From Candidatus Yonathbacteria bacterium (lineage in GTDB: Bacteria > Patescibacteriota > Minisyncoccia > Phycocordibacterales > JACNGX01): a stretch of 52,984 bases of DNA. The DNA lies in contig JAAXWR010000002.1 in the NCBI GenBank assembly GCA_013334825.1, positions 100,025-153,008 of the forward strand. Direction: 5' to 3'. Below the pieces are notes generated by a model. That model was not told the origin of the DNA. It was given only the letters and a program-made list of their open reading frames with translations, and ran no database searches. Below are positions 48,766 through 52,984 of this stretch, piece by piece. The translations under genes and the position numbers were made by a program. Every line of letters begins with the position of its first letter. Within the stretch, counting starts at the first letter, position 1.

Positions 48766-49356
48766 CTAAAATGGTAATGTATGATTCATCATGGGTGACG
48801 TTCCACGATGTGTGTCACCCCACGATGATGTGTCGATAGTGAATTCTTTAATAGCGCCGAGTTCTTTGTATTTGAGCTTTTTGTGTTCAAGCGCGTATTC
48901 ATATACCTCTTTGGTGATACGCACATCTTCTTCACAATATTTACGAATCTCTTCAATTTTTCCTTCGCGCCACCATTTGATGGCTTCGAGTCCGTGACCT
49001 ATTTTGTTTTTGCCAAGTGTCCCTTCGGCGATTGCGTCAAGGCGAATACGACGACCGAGACTGTTTTTCACATGGACGAGCAAATCAAGAGACGGTATTG
49101 CCGTGAGGTCTCCCGGATAATATTTATTGAGCAGGGGAATATCAAAATGATCGGAATTATATCCGATGATGAGGTCGGTATGTTCAAGTGTTCGCCAAAG
49201 CTCGCCCAGTGTTTGTTCCGTGTATGAGCGATATGTGTCGTCCGTGTAATCGTAGACAACAAGAAGAGAAATAGAAAGAGATGCAGGGTCGTTCGAACCG
49301 ACATCGTTAAATGTATTTTGTGTCTCAATATCAAGTACGATTTTGCGGAACGCCAT
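48766..49356 (-). CDS. RNase H-like DEDD 3'-5' exonuclease domain protein (YprB-like)
   Basis: VLDIET, IGYNSDHFDIP, LD.IA, YCEEDV. Confidence 0.85.
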   Translation of the reverse strand: MAFRKIVLDIETQNTFNDVGSNDPASLSISLLVVYDYTDDTYRSYTEQTLGELWRTLEHTDLIIGYNSDHFDIPLLNKYYPGDLTAIPSLDLLVHVKNSLGRRIRLDAIAEGTLGKNKIGHGLEAIKWWREGKIEEIRKYCEEDVRITKEVYEYALEHKKLKYKELGAIKEFTIDTSSWGDTHRGTSPMMNHTLPF

Positions 49357-49589
49357 ATACAGTAGGTCTTATGGTAACACAAAATCATAGGACTAGGAAT
49401 TATTTTATGTGTGAGAAACAGGTCTGTATGATAAGCAAAGAGTTTTGTTGTAAATGTTTATTTTGTTGCGGAATAATTTTAATATTTTTATTGAATTATA
49501 GAAACTTTTTATAAATTTTGGTGATGCGTAGCACTCTTCTTTATGTTATCGGGAACAAAAAAGAACCCGTATGAAACGGGCTCTCGTGC

Positions 49590-50081
49590 TTAGCTGAGTG
49601 GGAAATACTCTTTCACCACTTCAAACTGTTTTTTGAAAACGGTCTTCACAACCGTAAGATATAATACTCCCAAAAGGAGCATGTATAAAAGGTTGTGTAT
49701 CCCTTCTGTGATTGGGATATTTACAAAAGGGATAAAAAGTTTATAAAAAACAGCCCCAGGGAAAAACGACAAGATAATCGCAATTCCACAATACCTCCAC
49801 GTGTCGTCGTGGGAGTATTTTCTGGTACCCCAGTACCAGTAGTACGGGGCATAGACAAAGACCGTTATGGCTGCAAATATAAAAAACGGACTCAGTGCCC
49901 ACATGGAGGCAGTATCCATCCATGTTCCATGGTATCCGCTCCCCATCCAAAAAACAGGCAGAAGGAGAATAATCGCCATTCCACTGCTGGCGAGTATTAC
50001 TTTGCGCCATGCGTTGGGGAAAATTGAAAAAATCTTTTTCCCGCGTTCTGTTTTGGTGAGAAAATTCAAAAACCTTTTCAT
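49590..50081 (-). CDS. Hypothetical four-TM membrane protein (orphan cassette)
   Basis: Hydrophobic helices; TTGACT promoter at ~50179; terminator at ~49558-49582. Confidence 0.6.
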   Translation of the reverse strand: MKRFLNFLTKTERGKKIFSIFPNAWRKVILASSGMAIILLLPVFWMGSGYHGTWMDTASMWALSPFFIFAAITVFVYAPYYWYWGTRKYSHDDTWRYCGIAIILSFFPGAVFYKLFIPFVNIPITEGIHNLLYMLLLGVLYLTVVKTVFKKQFEVVKEYFPLS

Positions 50082-50276
50082 TTTTTTTATTGTTGCACAG
50101 CCCCCACATATAGGGAAGCTGTAATGTTTGGAAAAGAAGACACCTTTTTTATGATAGCACAATATGATGTATTAGTCAATAACTGCACATGCGGGGAGAA
50201 TGTATCGACCACGCGTTATCGTTATATGTATCTAAACCCAAGGTCAGTTTTATTTTTCGTATGGTATGATAATACA

Positions 50277-50810
50277 GTGAATACTCTATATAAAAGGAAC
50301 ATACTGGAGCAAGAATTTTTTGATCAAGATACACTTGTTGTGGCACAGAAATTGTTGGGAAAATTTCTTGTACGACACTATCGGGGCAAGGACATGCGAC
50401 TTATGATTGTTGAGACCGAAGCATATGACGGTCCTGATGACAAAGCCAGTCATGCGTCACGAGGAAAGACCCCACGTAACGCACCTATGTTTGGTCCGCC
50501 GGGCATGTGGTATGTGTATCTCTGTTATGGCATGCATGAAATGCTCAATGTGGTGACAGGACCCGAAGGATATCCGTCAGCTGTTCTCATACGGGGAGTT
50601 GCGGGACATGATGGACCGGGCAAGCTGACAAAAGCACTCCATATCGGACGGAGTATGAATGACGTATGTGCGTGTCCCGCATCGGGCTTGTGGATTGAAG
50701 AAGGTGTGTCTGTACAGGAAGAAGATATTGTCCGTCTCCCACGTGTTGGGGTCGCGTATGCAGGGCATGACTGGTCGACACGTCCATATCGATTTCGTAT
50801 TTCCTGTTGA
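50277..50810 (+). CDS. mpg: DNA-3-methyladenine glycosylase
   Basis: VAQKLLGK, IVETEAY, D.ASHA, YVYLCYGMH..LNVV, AVLIR, GPGKL; start codon approximate. Confidence 0.95.
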   Translation: MNTLYKRNILEQEFFDQDTLVVAQKLLGKFLVRHYRGKDMRLMIVETEAYDGPDDKASHASRGKTPRNAPMFGPPGMWYVYLCYGMHEMLNVVTGPEGYPSAVLIRGVAGHDGPGKLTKALHIGRSMNDVCACPASGLWIEEGVSVQEEDIVRLPRVGVAYAGHDWSTRPYRFRISC

Positions 50811-50896
50811 CGATTTTTTTGATATACTTTGAGGAAGAAGGGGGACGCATCTCCTATGAATTGCGTGTACTATATTTATTATTAACAACTACTCAT

Positions 50897-51451
50897 ATGA
50901 TTCTCTATATTATTCTCGCCGTTATTGTTGTCATTGCCCTATGGGTTGTGTTTGCGTATAACGGATTTGTGAGCCTCGTAAAACGTGCTGAAGAAGCATG
51001 GGCGGATATTGATGTCCAACTCAAACGTCGCTACGACCTTATTCCTAATCTTGTGAATACGGTAAAGGGATATGCTACGCATGAAAGCGCAACATTTGAA
51101 AAAGTAACTGAAGCACGCACAAAAGCAATGGGTGCGCAGACACTTGCCGAACATGCTGAAGCAGAAAACATGCTTGCGGGTACACTCAAGTCACTTTTTG
51201 CTGTCGCGGAACAATATCCCGACCTTAAAGCAAACACAAACTTTCTTGAACTTCAACGTGAATTGTCTGATACAGAAAATAAAATCCAAGCCGCACGTCG
51301 CTTTTACAACGGTAATGTGCGTGATTTGAACACGATGATAGACATGTTCCCTTCAAATGTGATTGCAGGAATGTTTAAGTTTAAGTCTCGTGAATTCTTT
51401 GAACTTACTGAAGGTTCTGCAGAACGTGAACCCGTTGCTGTTTCGTTTTAA
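50897..51451 (+). CDS. lemA: LemA family protein
   Basis: WADIDVQLKRRYDLIPNLV, YPDLKA..NF, ENKI..ARRFYN, FPSN. Confidence 0.97.
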   Translation: MILYIILAVIVVIALWVVFAYNGFVSLVKRAEEAWADIDVQLKRRYDLIPNLVNTVKGYATHESATFEKVTEARTKAMGAQTLAEHAEAENMLAGTLKSLFAVAEQYPDLKANTNFLELQRELSDTENKIQAARRFYNGNVRDLNTMIDMFPSNVIAGMFKFKSREFFELTEGSAEREPVAVSF

Positions 51452-51489
51452 GAATCTTCCATCTTTTATTTGTTAATGTTCTTTTCCCT

Positions 51490-51639
51490 ATGATTTTCAT
51501 TGGATCGCTTCTTATTGTTACCGGTGTACTCTTTCTTCTCAATAATCTCGGTATCATTTCTCATATCAGCATGGATTTGTTCTGGCCGATTCTTGTTATC
51601 GCGCTGGGAGTCCATCTTCTTCTCCGCCGAAAGTGGTAG
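51490..51639 (+). CDS. Small DUF5668 (LiaI/LiaF-like) membrane protein, below the ORF-track cutoff
   Basis: MIFIGSLLIVTGVLFLLNNLGII...FWPILVIALGVHLL; 49 aa between lemA and htpX. Confidence 0.8.
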   Translation: MIFIGSLLIVTGVLFLLNNLGIISHISMDLFWPILVIALGVHLLLRRKW

Positions 51640-51679
51640 AACAATAACCGTTGTTTCTTAGGGTTTCTGTACGACATAT

Positions 51680-52594
51680 ATGCCGACACTGTATACACAA
51701 CAAGACAAGAATATTGGGCGGACATGGTTTCTCATGTTCACGTTTGTGTTTGTTGTGATTGCTATTGGTTGGGCGGCGTCATGGTATTTCAATGACCCTC
51801 TCATACTGACAGGATTTGTTCTTTTCAGTATTGTTATGAACGTTAGTAGTTTTTGGTTTTCTGACAAGATTGTACTGTCGACTGCTGGTGCGCATGAAGC
51901 CGATCCTGTCACATATTTGGAACTGCATCGTATTGTCGAAAATCTCGCTATCACAGCAGGACTTCCGAAACCACGGGTATATATTGTGAATGATCCGTCA
52001 CCCAATGCATTTGCGACTGGGCGTAATCCAGAACATGGAGTGGTGGCGGTGACAACAGGACTTTTGTCTCTTCTTGATCGTAGTGAACTCGAAGGTGTTG
52101 TCGCGCACGAACTTTCACATATCGGTAATCGCGATACACTTATTGCCACCGTTGCGGCGATACTCGTTGGTTTTGTTGCTCTTATCTCAGATGTTCTCTT
52201 ACGCGCGCATTTGTGGGGTGGAGGAGACGATGACCATGGTGATGGTCGTATACGTATCATTATGATGCTTGTTGGATTTGCGCTCGCTCTTCTTGCGCCC
52301 ATTTTTGCACGACTGTTACAACTTGCCATTTCACGTAAACGAGAGTTTCTCGCTGATGCTTCGGGTGCGCTTCTCACGCGATACCCCGATGGTCTGGCAT
52401 CTGCCTTGCAAAAGATTTCTGGTGCCGCGGTACCTCTTCGTCATGCCAATCAGGCTACCGCGCATTTGTATATTGAAAATCCATTTTCACGTCACGGAAA
52501 GGTAAGTGGTATGGCGTCGCTCTTTATGACTCATCCGCCCGTAGAAGCACGTATCGCCGCCCTTCTCGGTAATAATAAAGAAGAGACCGTTTAG
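51680..52594 (+). CDS. htpX: M48 zinc metalloprotease HtpX
   Basis: PNAFATG, ELEGVVAHELSH, SRKREFLAD, THPP.E.RI. Confidence 0.96.
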   Translation: MPTLYTQQDKNIGRTWFLMFTFVFVVIAIGWAASWYFNDPLILTGFVLFSIVMNVSSFWFSDKIVLSTAGAHEADPVTYLELHRIVENLAITAGLPKPRVYIVNDPSPNAFATGRNPEHGVVAVTTGLLSLLDRSELEGVVAHELSHIGNRDTLIATVAAILVGFVALISDVLLRAHLWGGGDDDHGDGRIRIIMMLVGFALALLAPIFARLLQLAISRKREFLADASGALLTRYPDGLASALQKISGAAVPLRHANQATAHLYIENPFSRHGKVSGMASLFMTHPPVEARIAALLGNNKEETV

Positions 52595-52645
52595 TACAAC
52601 ATTTTTTCTAGCCTATCTCCTATAACCTATTTCCTATTTCCTACT

Positions 52646-52984
52646 ATGTCTTACCAAATCGCACACAGAGGATGGTCACAAGATGACCCAGAAGAGAATA
52701 CGCGCGCGGCGTTTCGTCGTGCCGAAGAAGCAGGTGTACACGGTGTTGAGTTTGATGTTCGGTGGAGTGACGCACGCGCGGAGCCGGTCGTGTGCCATTA
52801 TCCGTGGCAAGAAAAAGACGCTGAATCACTTGATCAGGCGCTCGCATTTCTTTCTACGACAACGTTCTCCATTCTTCTTCTTGAACTCAAAGAATACCAT
52901 CCGTTTTTGTGGTCAGAAATCAAACGTCTGCTCTTGTATTATGGGATTATGGACAGAACGGTTATTTTTGCGTTTCCACGTATA
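52646..52984 (+). CDS. Glycerophosphodiester phosphodiesterase (3'-truncated by window edge)
   Basis: Hand translation MSYQIAHRGW...PEENT.AAF..A...GV.GVEFDVR. Confidence 0.88.
   Translation, partial: MSYQIAHRGWSQDDPEENTRAAFRRAEEAGVHGVEFDVRWSDARAEPVVCHYPWQEKDAESLDQALAFLSTTTFSILLLELKEYHPFLWSEIKRLLLYYGIMDRTVIFAFPRI

Noticed and set aside
1..52984. Alternative genetic code (TGA recoding as in Gracilibacteria/Absconditabacteria)
   Set aside because: Core genes are full length in code 11 and several end in TGA.

Overview
Bacterial chromosomal window in genetic code 11. Gene content and the many leaderless starts suggest a small-genome Patescibacteria (CPR, Parcubacteria-like) organism; this is an inference. 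The housekeeping backbone is pyrG (partial), rsgA, MATE, znuABC, rarA, dedA, pyk, hisS, lepB, pth, an FtsI-like PBP, mpg, lemA, htpX and a partial GDPD. It is interrupted by about 15 single orphan genes, most with their own sigma70 promoter and terminator. There are five tRNA genes: two identical Gln-TTG, Gln-CTG, Asn-GTT and Glu-CTC. A ~5.3 kb large-serine-recombinase island sits at tRNA-Gln(CTG), and a Gabija-like OLD nuclease/UvrD pair follows tRNA-Glu. The most unusual signal is non-coding and lies beside the tRNAs. (i) Four tRNA trailers carry an antisense copy of their own tRNA 3' end; in two different tRNA isotypes it is interrupted by the same 9-bp/CTGC-loop hairpin with a fully changed stem. 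(ii) A ~110-nt motif with compensatory base changes, ending in GGGACGA fused to a duplicated T-arm of the local tRNA, occurs three times behind tRNA-Glu and twice behind tRNA-Asn, where it closes promoter-ORF-terminator cassettes. This looks like a tRNA T-loop-anchored, integron-like cassette system with no integrase in cis. All calls were made by eye with no database searches, so novelty is unverified.
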